From positions 810,001-842,000 of the forward strand of contig NC_005072.1 in NCBI RefSeq assembly GCF_000011465.1: a stretch of DNA of 32,000 bases. The letters run 5' to 3'. The position numbers were made by a program, and so were the translations under genes. The notes under the pieces are model-generated. The model saw only the letters and a list, made by a program, of their open reading frames with translations. It was not told where the DNA came from and ran no database searches. Source of the stretch: Prochlorococcus marinus subsp. pastoris str. CCMP1986 (GTDB taxonomy: Bacteria; Cyanobacteriota; Cyanobacteriia; PCC-6307; Cyanobiaceae). The number at the start of each line of letters is the position of its first letter. The stretch's first letter is position 1. Positions 16,385-26,193 of the stretch are shown piece by piece.

Positions 16385-18850
16385 ATGAAGGTCTCTCAGA
16401 ATTGGTTGAAATCTCTTGTAGAAATAAATACTACAGCACACGATTTATCGGAAAAATTATCAATAGGTGGTTTCGAAGTTGAGTCACTTGTTGATTGTTC
16501 AGAAAATGTAAAAGGTATAGTTCTTGGAAAGGTTTTGTCAGTAGTTAAGCATGAGAATTCAGATAAGTTATCTATATGCATTGTTGACATCGGAAGGTCT
16601 AATCCTTTACAAATTGTTTGTGGAGCAAAAAATGTAAAACAAAATATATATGTTTATGTAGCTACTGTTGGTACACATTTAAGTGCGATAAATTTAACTA
16701 TTAAAAAGAGTGAAATAAGAGGTGTTTCTAGTGAAGGAATGATTTGTTCGCTAGAAGAATTAGGAATTGAAGATACTAGTGAGGGTATCGCCATTATTGA
16801 TGAGGATATAGCTTTAAATCATAATTTAGGGACATCAGGAGCTGAATTACTTGATCTCAACGACTACATCTACGATTTAGCGATTACTGCAAATAGACCT
16901 GATGGCATGTCTGTAGTTGGAATTGCAAGAGAAATATCTGCTCTTTTGGAAACTAAGTTAAACTTTCCAGGTTTAAAAACTAGGTATAAAACAAATGTTT
17001 ATAAAAATTTTAATCTCTGCCCTGAGGCAATCTCAAAAAATTGTCTTTATTCAATAAGCAATATTGAGTCTGTCAATGGGAAGCAATTATCTCCGGGATG
17101 GCTCAAAGATCGTTTAGATAAATCAGGGATTAAATCTATTAATCTTTTGGTAGACATAACTAACTACATTCTTTTAGAACAAGGACAACCATTACATGCA
17201 TTTGATAAAGACAAATTATCTAATTTAATTGGCCGAAAGGTTTCATATGAGGATTTCTCGGTTAGAAAGGCAAATAATAATGAAAGTCTTTTGTGTTTGA
17301 ATGGCGAGAATTATAAATTAAATGAAAATATAACTATCATCGCTTGTGACGATAAACCAGTCGCTATAGCAGGTGTAATTGGTGGTTTGGAAACAGCTGT
17401 AAATGAGGACACTTCTTCAATTTATCTTGAAGGAGCAGTTTTTAATCCTGTTATTATTAGAAAATCATCTAAAGTAATAGGAATTAGAACAGAATCAAGT
17501 AGCAGATATGAAAAAGGAATTTCCTATAAAAATACTTTAGATTCAGTTACCCGCGCTATTAATATCTTAGAAGAATACTTTAATATTACGAGTCCAATAA
17601 TTAATACTTCCACTGAGCTGGATTTAAAAAAAATATTAATACCTTTGAGAAGGGAAAGAATTAAAAAAATACTTGGTCCAATTGTAATTAGAAATGAAAA
17701 TTACGAGAATAATAGTAAATTGGAAAAAAGATATTTAACAGATACAGAAATAACAGAGAAATTAAAGCTAATAGGATGCACTTTAAACATAAAGGAATAT
17801 GGATGGGATGTAGAAATTATTCCCAACAGGTCCCAAGATTTATTACGAGAAATTGATTTAATAGAGGAAATTGCAAGGTTAATCGGTTATGACATGTTTG
17901 ATTTGAATTTACCAAATCCCATAAAACCAGGAAAGCTTTCTTCATTTCAAATAGCATTAAGGAAATTAAAAACCGGATTAATAGTTAATGGATTTAACGA
18001 AGTATTGTCTTATTCTCTCGTTCCAGAAAGTAAGAATAATTTAATAAAGATTTCAAATCCATTACTGTTGGAAACAAGTTGTTTAAGAGATAATATTTGG
18101 AAAGAGCATATTAATATATGTAATCAAAATATCAAGTCAGGACATGAATATTGTTGGATATTTGAAGTTGGAAATATTTTTCATAAAAAACCTGATTTTT
18201 CACAAGAGGAAATTTTAAATGGAGCTATTTATGGAAATAATAAATTTGAACAATGGTTAGGCTCAAATAAAGATAATAATATGACTTATTACGAGGCCAG
18301 AGGAAAGTTAAAGGAAGCATTATCAATATTAAATTTAAATATAGAAGATAAACCAACTGATACTATAGATTTTCTTCATCCAGGCAGATCATCTAGATTA
18401 TTTACTGAAGGTAATGAAGTTGGATATTTTGGTGAAATCCATCCAAATTTAATTTCTAATAAAATAGCATTAAAAAAAATGTATTTATTTAGTTTAAAAA
18501 TAAACAGTATCTTACAAGCAAGCACTAGAAAAAATAAATGGATAACAGTTTATAAACAATTCCCAACAGTTCCCAAAATGGAGCGTGATATTAATTTTAT
18601 ATTCAATAAAAAATACTTAGTAAGTGAGATAATTTCACAAATAAAAAAATCTGGTACAAAATTATTGGAAAATGTTAATTTAATTGATGTTTATGATGAT
18701 GATAGTTTTGGTAAAGAATTTATAAGCTACACATTTAGATTGTCTTATAGAGATTCTGAAAAAACATTATTAGATTCTGACATAGGATATCTTCACGATA
18801 GTGTTGTTGAAATAATTGAAAAAAAATTCAGCACTAAATTAAGAGATTAA
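16385..18850 (+). CDS. pheT: Phenylalanyl-tRNA synthetase beta subunit
   Basis: 821 aa. The N-terminal MKVS.NWL...tRNA-binding domain (VCGAKN), B3/4, B5 and C-terminal FDX-ACB-like segments (ERDINF, SYTFRLSYRDSEKTL) follow the canonical order. Confidence 0.95.
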   Translation: MKVSQNWLKSLVEINTTAHDLSEKLSIGGFEVESLVDCSENVKGIVLGKVLSVVKHENSDKLSICIVDIGRSNPLQIVCGAKNVKQNIYVYVATVGTHLSAINLTIKKSEIRGVSSEGMICSLEELGIEDTSEGIAIIDEDIALNHNLGTSGAELLDLNDYIYDLAITANRPDGMSVVGIAREISALLETKLNFPGLKTRYKTNVYKNFNLCPEAISKNCLYSISNIESVNGKQLSPGWLKDRLDKSGIKSINLLVDITNYILLEQGQPLHAFDKDKLSNLIGRKVSYEDFSVRKANNNESLLCLNGENYKLNENITIIACDDKPVAIAGVIGGLETAVNEDTSSIYLEGAVFNPVIIRKSSKVIGIRTESSSRYEKGISYKNTLDSVTRAINILEEYFNITSPIINTSTELDLKKILIPLRRERIKKILGPIVIRNENYENNSKLEKRYLTDTEITEKLKLIGCTLNIKEYGWDVEIIPNRSQDLLREIDLIEEIARLIGYDMFDLNLPNPIKPGKLSSFQIALRKLKTGLIVNGFNEVLSYSLVPESKNNLIKISNPLLLETSCLRDNIWKEHINICNQNIKSGHEYCWIFEVGNIFHKKPDFSQEEILNGAIYGNNKFEQWLGSNKDNNMTYYEARGKLKEALSILNLNIEDKPTDTIDFLHPGRSSRLFTEGNEVGYFGEIHPNLISNKIALKKMYLFSLKINSILQASTRKNKWITVYKQFPTVPKMERDINFIFNKKYLVSEIISQIKKSGTKLLENVNLIDVYDDDSFGKEFISYTFRLSYRDSEKTLLDSDIGYLHDSVVEIIEKKFSTKLRD

Positions 18851-18942
18851 TTGTATTGCTATTCTCGTATTAGACTTATTATTAGTCTGCATATAAGTCT
18901 TAAATGAGACGTATAGTATTCGTGTAAATCTAAACCATCATA

Positions 18943-18948
18943 TATAAT
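18943..18948 (+). promoter_or_regulatory. Consensus TATAAT -10 hexamer 7 nt upstream of ATG 18956 (implies a leaderless mRNA)
   Basis: The sequence reads TATAAT-agtactc-ATG. There is no Shine-Dalgarno sequence and no good -35 element. Confidence 0.35.
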
Positions 18949-18955
18949 AGTACTC

Positions 18956-19204
18956 ATGATTAATATTATCTCATTTTTGTTATCCTCTGTGCTTTGGGTA
19001 CAAGTTCCTCAATGGTCGGATGATTGGTCCAAATGTGCTGTCGATGTCCCTGATTCTTCATGTCATTGGTACATAACAGCCCCAGATAATACATTTGGAG
19101 ATGGATTTGACTGGGCAAGCGCCCCTTGGTTTGACGCTAACGGCTTGAGCGATGTTCCTAGCATCGAAAAGGAAACAGCTCTTCAAAAGCTGCAAATAAA
19201 GTAG
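18956..19204 (+). CDS. Small Trp-rich, acidic, putatively secreted protein with anomalous GC content
   Basis: 82 aa: MINIISFLLSSVLWVQV signal-like N-terminus, 6 Trp and 2 Cys (CAVDVPDSSC). A hand count gives 103 G+C in 240 nt (18961-19200), about 43%, against 12/60 in the adjacent pheT line 18601-18660. Confidence 0.55.
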   Translation: MINIISFLLSSVLWVQVPQWSDDWSKCAVDVPDSSCHWYITAPDNTFGDGFDWASAPWFDANGLSDVPSIEKETALQKLQIK

Positions 19205-19322
19205 TACTGTCTTTAAGGCAGCACATCATAACTTAAACTTAAGTTATATCAAGGTCTTTTGAATAAAAAATTAGGACTGGACAAACAAAGGACAATAAAT
19301 AATAGAATTAGTATGTATATAT

Positions 19323-19613
19323 TGTCTTATATAAGATTCATCAATAGACTATTCATAAGTCCAGGATAAGATTAGTAATACTTTAAAAAATTTTTATTCA
19401 ACTCTTCTACATAGGAAGGGGTTGGGAACTGTGTTTTATTAAGTCTTATATAAGAATTTTAATACAGCCTTTTTTTAATAAATATGCATCATTTGATATG
19501 CATTTCTCATAAAAGCAAGAATTACTTAGCCAGAAATATTTTATTTAATATTAAATCTTTTAAGTCTTATTTAAGACTTTTATTTAGACCTGCTTCAAGT
19601 CTTATGTAAGATT
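19323..19613. repeat. Four dispersed copies of a 16-bp palindrome, consensus AGTCTTATnTAAGAyT
   Basis: Copies are 19323-19338 TGTCTTATATAAGATT, 19442-19457 AGTCTTATATAAGAAT, 19563-19578 AGTCTTATTTAAGACT and 19598-19613 AGTCTTATGTAAGATT. Degenerate relatives lie at 18871-18888 and 18896-18910. Confidence 0.85.
19429..19476 (+). terminator. Long imperfect hairpin capped by one palindrome copy, followed by a T7 run (candidate intrinsic terminator)
   Basis: CTGTGTT (19429-19435) pairs with AATACAG (19461-19467) with one G-U pair. The apex is palindrome 19442-19457. The hairpin is followed by CC and then TTTTTTT (19470-19476). Confidence 0.5.
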
Positions 19614-19620
19614 ATTAATA

Positions 19621-20634
19621 CTATTGTCTATACATATTTTTAAGTAATTGATATGCATCATTTAATTTCCTCATCTCATCAGTAGATCCACCAGAATCTG
19701 GATGGGTTTCTAAAGCTTTAATTTTATATGCTTCTCGTATTTTATTTAATGTATGTGCTGACCCCGCGGCGGTGGATAACTTTAATAATTTTAGAGCTCC
19801 ATGAACAGTCATTGTTGAATCAAGTGCTTCAAATGAATTTCCTTTATTTTTTCTTTTAAACCTACTTATAAATCTTCTTACTAATGTTGGGACCCTATTT
19901 ATTAAATCAGATGTTGCAAATGGATCTTCTAATACACCTATCATTAAAATAACTAACTCTAAGGAAGGAGTTTGTTTTATCCAAAAAGGGCATAAATCCG
20001 ACATTAATTTATTTGCAGCACTCCAAGTGAATGGCAACTGCTCGGTTCCATCAATATTTGGCCAAATATCTATACAAAACCAATCAATAGATGCTTCTAC
20101 TACTTGTTCATTTGGAATTGATCCATATAGGTTTTTCCAATGGCTTATAATTTCAATCCGACATTTAATTAAATCATTTTCCTTAATTGTATTAATTTGA
20201 ATATCATTAATTTTTTGTTTTGTCTTTTCAATATTTATACTTCTTCTCAGATTTTTAACTTTTTTTCCAACAAAATTAGGTAGGTTGATGTTTAAGTTTG
20301 GTTTTTCAATAACTTCTTTATTATTTAAAAGAAGTTTTTCTTCGGATTCTTTACTATTACTCTCATCCTTATCAGATTTAATAAGGACTAAAGCACTCTT
20401 TTCATCAAAGTTAGAGTATTCATTAATATCCCCCTTTTCGCTGTAATCAATTGTCTGTTGTTGACTTTTAGGTAATAATTCTTCTTCTTGAAGAATTTCT
20501 GTAAGCAACTTTTCTATTACAGGACCTCTTGCTCTAAAACCCCATTCTTTTCGTAATTGATCAAACCTAGAAACTAACTCTTCTGGCAAATCAATTGAAA
20601 TTCTTTTTGTATTTGAATTCTCAGAATTACTCAA
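19621..20634 (-). CDS. Protein with an N-terminal ribbon-helix-helix-like motif and a C-terminal J domain (DnaJ-like)
   Basis: The N-terminus is KRISIDLPEELVSRFDQLRKEWGFRARGPVIEKLLTEIL (RHH pattern). The C-terminus is LNKIREAYKIKALETHPDSGGSTDEMRKLNDAYQLL, with the HPD tripeptide. Confidence 0.8.
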   Translation of the reverse strand: MSNSENSNTKRISIDLPEELVSRFDQLRKEWGFRARGPVIEKLLTEILQEEELLPKSQQQTIDYSEKGDINEYSNFDEKSALVLIKSDKDESNSKESEEKLLLNNKEVIEKPNLNINLPNFVGKKVKNLRRSINIEKTKQKINDIQINTIKENDLIKCRIEIISHWKNLYGSIPNEQVVEASIDWFCIDIWPNIDGTEQLPFTWSAANKLMSDLCPFWIKQTPSLELVILMIGVLEDPFATSDLINRVPTLVRRFISRFKRKNKGNSFEALDSTMTVHGALKLLKLSTAAGSAHTLNKIREAYKIKALETHPDSGGSTDEMRKLNDAYQLLKNMYRQ

Positions 20635-20777
20635 TTAATCTTTTTTTTTATAATAGAACAAAAATATTAATTGTATTCATATTATGAAAGTCTAAATAAT
20701 TATATTGTCTTTAAATCAAAATCTTGCTTTTTATAAGTCACGTCTCAACAAGATAAATTTTTATAATAAAAATAAAA

Positions 20778-20954
20778 ATGTTTTACTGTAACTTTAAATC
20801 CTCAGAAGAAAAAAAGTCTTTTTATCAAAAAAAGAAATTAGAAATGCTTAACTATATCAAGGATTCACTTGAAAGAAAAATTGCATCAGTAAGTGCTTCA
20901 ATAGAAGTTCTAGAAAATCAAATTTCCAGAGACAAAGTTGAAGTTAGTAATTAA
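20778..20954 (+). CDS. Hypothetical 58-aa coiled-coil-like protein
   Basis: MFYCNFKSSEEKKSFYQKKKLEMLNYIKDSLERKIASVSASIEVLENQISRDKVEVSN. It is below the track cutoff. Confidence 0.4.
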   Translation: MFYCNFKSSEEKKSFYQKKKLEMLNYIKDSLERKIASVSASIEVLENQISRDKVEVSN

Positions 20955-20957
20955 TTT

Positions 20958-21788
20958 TCAGACAAAATTTTCAAGAAGTTTCTCTGGTCCATATTTCTTT
21001 AAATAATTAATATTAGATTTTTCTGTGACTAGTAAGTATCCTGCAAAACCCAACCCATTAACACTAAAGCCATGGACGTGATCATATTTTCTTTTAATTA
21101 TGGCTATCCAATTATTTGTAATTAAAATATTGTAAGGAAATCTTGGTTTTTCATCATCAATTGGATTTCCTAAACCAATTTTGTTTGAAAGTTCTAAGTA
21201 TAAATTATAAATATTTATTGAATTATTTAAAAAGTTAAATTTTGAGACAACAGTATTTTTCTTAAGCTTGCTATCTTGATCATTATTATTTTCAAAATCT
21301 AAAAACCACTTCTCTCTTGGACAAATAATTTCACCATGATCTCTTCTTAAAAGCTGAAAATGCCTATGAGGTTGACTTGCTCCTGCTATGGGAGAACTAT
21401 TAAAAAACCATAGGCCACTTGTATCTTCATTTACCATTTGTATAGCTATCCAATCATTAATATCTAACCATCCATCTTGAGGTCTCCAAGTATTTGTTAT
21501 TAGTAAAATATGACCTTTTTGTACAGGATATTTATTTAGTATTAGTTGATGATTAGTTCCAACTTTGTCAACTTCAAGTATCTTATCCCATGGGTTAAAT
21601 GGATTCTGATTTGGACCATAATTATTTTTTTTCGTAAATCTTGAAGTATCAAGTTCTCTAATTATAAAATCATTTTTATTGTAATATTCCCTAGTTACAA
21701 CAGTCGTTTTTAAAGGAAATAAGCCGTTATTGGTAATAGATAAATGAGTTTGATCTAATGCTTTAACCCAATATTTTTCATTTCTCAT
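20958..21788 (-). CDS. ATP adenylyltransferase / Ap4A phosphorylase II-like HIT-superfamily protein
   Basis: The motif SQPHRHFQLL is the H-x-H-x-Q nucleotidyl-transfer signature, and LILNKYPVQKGHILL is also present. Length 276 aa. Confidence 0.7.
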   Translation of the reverse strand: MRNEKYWVKALDQTHLSITNNGLFPLKTTVVTREYYNKNDFIIRELDTSRFTKKNNYGPNQNPFNPWDKILEVDKVGTNHQLILNKYPVQKGHILLITNTWRPQDGWLDINDWIAIQMVNEDTSGLWFFNSSPIAGASQPHRHFQLLRRDHGEIICPREKWFLDFENNNDQDSKLKKNTVVSKFNFLNNSINIYNLYLELSNKIGLGNPIDDEKPRFPYNILITNNWIAIIKRKYDHVHGFSVNGLGFAGYLLVTEKSNINYLKKYGPEKLLENFV

Positions 21789-21845
21789 TTATATAAATAG
21801 AAATAAAATCTCATAATCATTTTAAAAAACATAATTAATTTGGAA

Positions 21846-22238
21846 TTATTTTTTATTAAATTGATATTCTTTTAATTTTTCTAACGATACAGATTCTAAA
21901 ACTTTTATATTTGTTGCTTCTAAAATAACCATAGGTGCTAAGCCATCAAGCAATGCCTGTCTCCACCTATCTAAACAAATACACCAATGATCTCCATCCT
22001 TCAAGCCTGGGAATGAATACATTGGCATAGGTGTTATTAAATCATTACCTTGAGACTTACTATATTTAAGGAAATTATCATCCATTATGCAGCAAATTGA
22101 ATGATTTCCTCCATCATTTGAATCGTATTTGCAATATCCATCTCGAAACCAACCTGTAAGAGGTTTGCAACTGCATACCTCGAGCTTTTGTCCTAAAACA
22201 TTTAAATGTTCATTATTTTTTTGACTTTCTTTATTCAT
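21846..22238 (-). CDS. Cys-rich DUF2237-family protein
   Basis: LTGWFRDGYC...GNHSICC...F..YSKSQGNDL..P...FPGLK.GD.WCIC..RW..A matches my recollection of DUF2237. Length 130 aa. Confidence 0.65.
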   Translation of the reverse strand: MNKESQKNNEHLNVLGQKLEVCSCKPLTGWFRDGYCKYDSNDGGNHSICCIMDDNFLKYSKSQGNDLITPMPMYSFPGLKDGDHWCICLDRWRQALLDGLAPMVILEATNIKVLESVSLEKLKEYQFNKK

Positions 22239-22346
22239 TTTTAGATAATTTATTTAAATAATAATAAATACTCATACATTTCTTAAAAAAGGGTTGACGA
22301 ATATGGGGGGTAAAGAGGTAATAATTTTAATAAGGTTTTTTTCATT

Positions 22347-22568
22347 ATGGATTGGGACTTCACTGAAAACATAGCATTTAAATCCCTAATTGAAGCTTTT
22401 AAAGAATGTGATGAAACATCAGCAACTGAATTCTTGGCGAGTGATGGGGCATCATATTATTTAGAATTAATTCAAGACGCTGCGGGTGATGGCATCGATA
22501 TAAGTGATTCTGAAATTATGGAAGAACTTCAAGAAGAAATTATAGATTATCTTGAAAATAATCTATAA
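22347..22568 (+). CDS. Hypothetical highly acidic 73-aa protein
   Basis: ORF-track ORF, Asp/Glu-rich, with no family I recognise. Confidence 0.45.
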   Translation: MDWDFTENIAFKSLIEAFKECDETSATEFLASDGASYYLELIQDAAGDGIDISDSEIMEELQEEIIDYLENNL

Positions 22569-22604
22569 TCTATTATCTATAATCTATAATGTATAATTTA
22601 TAAT
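22563..22604. repeat. Tandem heptamer repeat nTATAAT, 6 units
   Basis: The units read CTATAAT CTATTAT CTATAAT CTATAAT GTATAAT TTATAAT. A related AAATAAT unit lies immediately upstream (22556-22562). The repeat spans the stop codon of 22347-22568 and the gap before the metH stop. Confidence 0.9.
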
Positions 22605-22608
22605 TTAT

Positions 22609-25600
22609 TTAGGCACTAAAATATTTTGCTTTTGAATGAAGTGAAATTATAGCAGTAGTACTTTGTTCAGGATGTAATTGCTCTGATTCATCCATTGTTA
22701 AATTAATCCTTTTTGTATCCAATAATGATAACTGTATATTTGAATCAGAAACTTTAGGACAAGCTGGATAACCAAATGAGTATCTAGCTCCTCTATATTT
22801 TTGAGCTAATATATCACGGTTATTGTTTGGCTCATATGATTTAAATCCGCATTCAATTCTTACTATTGAATGAACATATTCTGCAAGAGCTTCTGCTAAT
22901 TGAACGGTTAAACCATGAAATATTAAATAATCACTATATTTATCAGCTTTAAATAATTCTTGGGAATATTCGCTAGCTATTTCCCCCATTGTTACTGCTT
23001 GCATTGGAAATATATCTACTGGATCATTATTTTTAAGATCACAGTAAAAATCTGCAATACAAAGATTATTTCCCGATTTTTGTCTAGGAAAGTTAAATTC
23101 AGAAATTCTTTTATTTGATACATTATCAAAGAGATAAATACTATTATCATTCCTCCCGCAACGGAAGTAGCCATAGACTACTTTTGGTGAAATTAAGCCT
23201 TTATCTAAAATAATATTAATCCATTTTTCAAGTAATGGATTTGCATATGAATCTAAATAATTATTGTATTCTTCTACTGATTGACCTTTATTTTTTTTAA
23301 TTTGCCATTGACCACTAAATAATGCTTTTTTATCTAGATAAAAAATTAGTTTGTCAAAGTCTATTTCAATATCTTGAAGAACTCTAGTTCCCAAAAATGG
23401 AGCCTTTATAGGTTCCTCTTCCTCTACAAAATTAGATCTATTAAAATTCTCAATTAATTGAATACTTTTGGTTTTTTCAAAATTTTTATTTAAATTTTTA
23501 TCTTTAGCGGAAGACCTTGGGGAAGCTAATTTAATTTGAATATCATCAGTATTAGTAAAACCATTTTCATTAGACCAATTGCCCTTCTTTTTACTATCCA
23601 TATAGTCATTCATAAATTGTAAATCTGTAAAAGCATCTTTCCCATACAAAATTTTACCTTTATATATCTGACTACAATCTTCATTCACAAATTTTGGAGT
23701 TAATGCTGCACCTCCAAGAATAACTGGAACATTAATTTCAGCATTGTTAAATGCTTCTAAATTATCCTTCATAAATGCTGTAGATTTAACAAGTAAACCA
23801 CTCATAGCAATACAGTCTGCTTTATGTTTTTTTTGTGCATCAATAATCGCTGAAACATCTTGCTTAATTCCAAGGTTGATTACATCAAAACCATTATTTG
23901 AGAGAATTATATCAACTAAATTTTTACCTATATCATGAACATCTCCTTTAACAGTTGCTATTAGTAATTTTCCGTTAGATATTTTTTCATCTACTGTTTC
24001 CATATGAGGTTCAAGCACTGAAACAGCAAATTTCATTGTTTCCGCTGATTGCAATACAAAAGGTAATTGCATTTGGCCGGATCCAAATAGTTCACCGACT
24101 ACTTTCATTCCATCTAATAAATAAGTATTAATTATTTCAAGTGGTTTGTACTTTTTAAGCGCATTATTTAATTGTTCTTCTAAACCTATTTTTTCCCCAT
24201 CTACAATATGGTTTTTAAGTTTTTCTTCTAAGGTGAGGTTTTTGTTTGAAGTAGATCCTTTTTTAAAGTCACTGATTGTTATATCTTGGAATGCTTTTGT
24301 TAGTTCAACTAATGGATCATATATACATATTTCATTTTCGAAATTTCTTCTGTCATAAATTAAATCTAAACATAATTTTTTTGTTTCCGCAGATATTTTT
24401 GAAAGAGGCAATATTTTATTTGGTGCAATAATCGCTGAATCTAATCCTGCCTTTATACATTCATCGAGAAATATTGAATTTAGATTAATTCTTGATAATG
24501 GTGAAAGCCCGAAACTAATATTAGATATCCCTAAAATAATATGAATATCTGGAAAGCTTTTTCTTATTTTTGATATAGCTTCAATAGTTGCTTTAGCATT
24601 TAATCTATCTTCTTCAATTCCAGTAGATATTGGCAATGCTAGAGGATCAAAAAATATCTCATAATCAGCGAGGCCACTTGATCTAGTTTTAATTAATGCT
24701 CTTTTTGCAATGTCATATTTTTTCTGTGATGTTCTTGCCATTCCATCTTCATCAATAGTTCCAATTACTATTCCAGCACCATAATCTAATGCAAGTCTTA
24801 AGACCTGATTAAATCTGTCATCTCCATCTTCGTAGTTTGTTGAATTTATAATGCATTTTCCTCCTACAGTCTTTAATCCACTTTCCATTTTATCTGCTTC
24901 TGTTGAATCTATCATTAATGGAAGATTTATATTTGTAACTAATCTTGAGGTAATTTCTTTCATATCTTTAACTCCATCTCTTCCTACATAATCAACATTG
25001 ACATCTAGTATGTGAGCATTTTCTTTTTGCTGTTGTTTAGCAATTGATAGCAGGCCGTCCCAATCATCTTCATTTAGTAATTCCCTTACTTTTTTTGATC
25101 CACTAGCATTTAAACGTTCTCCAACTATTAATATTGAGTTATCTTGTTTATATGGAACTGCGTTATATATAGAAGCTGCTGAAGGAACAAAATTTGTTTT
25201 TACAGTAGGAAGTCTTTTATTTATTTTTTTATCAACTATTTCCTCAATGATTGATGATAAATGCTTGATATGTTCAGGAGTAGTACCACAACATCCGCCA
25301 ATAAGTTGTACGTTAAAATCATAAATAAAGTTCATTAACTGCATTTTCAACTCCAATGGAGTTAATTTATAGTGAGCAACACCTCCTATATTTTCAGGTA
25401 ATCCTGCATTAGGTATACAACTAATTGCAAAAGGTGAATTTTCAGCTAAATACTTAATATGTTCTTTCATTTGAACTGGACCAGTTGCACAATTCAGTCC
25501 CAGAATATCAATATTGTATGGCTCTAATATTGTTAATGCAGAAGCTATATCTGACCCGACAAGCATCGTTCCTGTGGTTTCCATAGTTATGGATATCATT

Positions 25601-26169
25601 ATTGGTAATTCAATATTCCTGTTTTTAATAACTTCTTGAGAAGCAGATAATGCTGATTTTATTTGTAAAACATCTTGGCATGTTTCAATCAATAGAAGGT
25701 CAATACCTCCGTCAATTAGACCATTTATTTGTTCTTCATATGAATCTTTAAGCTTATCAAAACTAATATGACCTAATGTTGGTAATTTTGTAGTTGGCCC
25801 AATTGATCCAGCGACAAATCTAGGAGTATTAATAGATGAAAATAAATTTGCACATTTTTTAGCTATCTGAGCTGCTTTTTTATTGATTTCATAAGCTTTA
25901 TTAGAAATACTATATTCGTCTAAAACAATAGATGAAGCACCAAATGTATTGGTTTCAATTACATGACAACCTGCTTCAAGAAATGAATTATGTACTTGTT
26001 CAACAGTATTAGGAGAGGATAGAACTAAGTTTTCATTGCAACCCTCTAAATCATCTCCACCAAAATCATGTGATGATAAATTTAAATTTTGAAAAGAAGT
26101 ACCTGTCCCACCATCGAAAATAATAATTGGTTTATCATCTCTATTTAAATAATTTCTAAATGAAACCAT
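22609..26169 (-). CDS. metH: Cobalamin-dependent methionine synthase
   Basis: 1186 aa. Hcy-binding ([11 protein letters not shown]), pterin-binding, B12-binding (DVHDIGKN = DxHxxG) and AdoMet activation domains occur in the canonical order. Confidence 0.97.
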   Translation of the reverse strand: MVSFRNYLNRDDKPIIIFDGGTGTSFQNLNLSSHDFGGDDLEGCNENLVLSSPNTVEQVHNSFLEAGCHVIETNTFGASSIVLDEYSISNKAYEINKKAAQIAKKCANLFSSINTPRFVAGSIGPTTKLPTLGHISFDKLKDSYEEQINGLIDGGIDLLLIETCQDVLQIKSALSASQEVIKNRNIELPIMISITMETTGTMLVGSDIASALTILEPYNIDILGLNCATGPVQMKEHIKYLAENSPFAISCIPNAGLPENIGGVAHYKLTPLELKMQLMNFIYDFNVQLIGGCCGTTPEHIKHLSSIIEEIVDKKINKRLPTVKTNFVPSAASIYNAVPYKQDNSILIVGERLNASGSKKVRELLNEDDWDGLLSIAKQQQKENAHILDVNVDYVGRDGVKDMKEITSRLVTNINLPLMIDSTEADKMESGLKTVGGKCIINSTNYEDGDDRFNQVLRLALDYGAGIVIGTIDEDGMARTSQKKYDIAKRALIKTRSSGLADYEIFFDPLALPISTGIEEDRLNAKATIEAISKIRKSFPDIHIILGISNISFGLSPLSRINLNSIFLDECIKAGLDSAIIAPNKILPLSKISAETKKLCLDLIYDRRNFENEICIYDPLVELTKAFQDITISDFKKGSTSNKNLTLEEKLKNHIVDGEKIGLEEQLNNALKKYKPLEIINTYLLDGMKVVGELFGSGQMQLPFVLQSAETMKFAVSVLEPHMETVDEKISNGKLLIATVKGDVHDIGKNLVDIILSNNGFDVINLGIKQDVSAIIDAQKKHKADCIAMSGLLVKSTAFMKDNLEAFNNAEINVPVILGGAALTPKFVNEDCSQIYKGKILYGKDAFTDLQFMNDYMDSKKKGNWSNENGFTNTDDIQIKLASPRSSAKDKNLNKNFEKTKSIQLIENFNRSNFVEEEEPIKAPFLGTRVLQDIEIDFDKLIFYLDKKALFSGQWQIKKNKGQSVEEYNNYLDSYANPLLEKWINIILDKGLISPKVVYGYFRCGRNDNSIYLFDNVSNKRISEFNFPRQKSGNNLCIADFYCDLKNNDPVDIFPMQAVTMGEIASEYSQELFKADKYSDYLIFHGLTVQLAEALAEYVHSIVRIECGFKSYEPNNNRDILAQKYRGARYSFGYPACPKVSDSNIQLSLLDTKRINLTMDESEQLHPEQSTTAIISLHSKAKYFSA

Positions 26170-26193
26170 AATTTAAAAGAAAAAAAATAAAAA

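Noticed and set aside
16396-16590. 64-aa minus-strand ORF inside pheT
   Set aside because: Shadow ORF antisense to pheT.
19323-19613. Calling the AGTCTTATnTAAGAyT palindromes NtcA sites or a CRISPR-like array
   Set aside because: NtcA requires GTA-N8-TAC, and these read GTC-N8-GAC/GAT, so only the geometry matches. The spacing between copies is irregular (about 20-105 nt between copies), the units are palindromic and no cas genes are present, so this is not a CRISPR array.
19482-19664. Short repeat ATATGCATCATTT (19482-19494; the copy at 19651-19663 lies inside the J-domain gene) with a truncated GATATGCATTT copy at 19495-19505
   Set aside because: It is 13 nt and AT-rich, and one copy simply encodes NDAY in the J domain. 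It is plausibly a chance match or a trivial duplication, and I cannot evaluate its significance without computing background frequencies.
22294-22324. TTGACG (22294-22299) as a -35 element for ORF 22347-22568
   Set aside because: The best downstream -10-like hexamer (TAATAA, 22319-22324) sits at a 19-nt spacing. In DNA this AT-rich such matches are common, so I do not report it as a feature.
23744-24358. Two plus-strand ORFs (23744-23938 and 24146-24358) inside metH
   Set aside because: Both are antisense to an unambiguous methionine synthase coding region.
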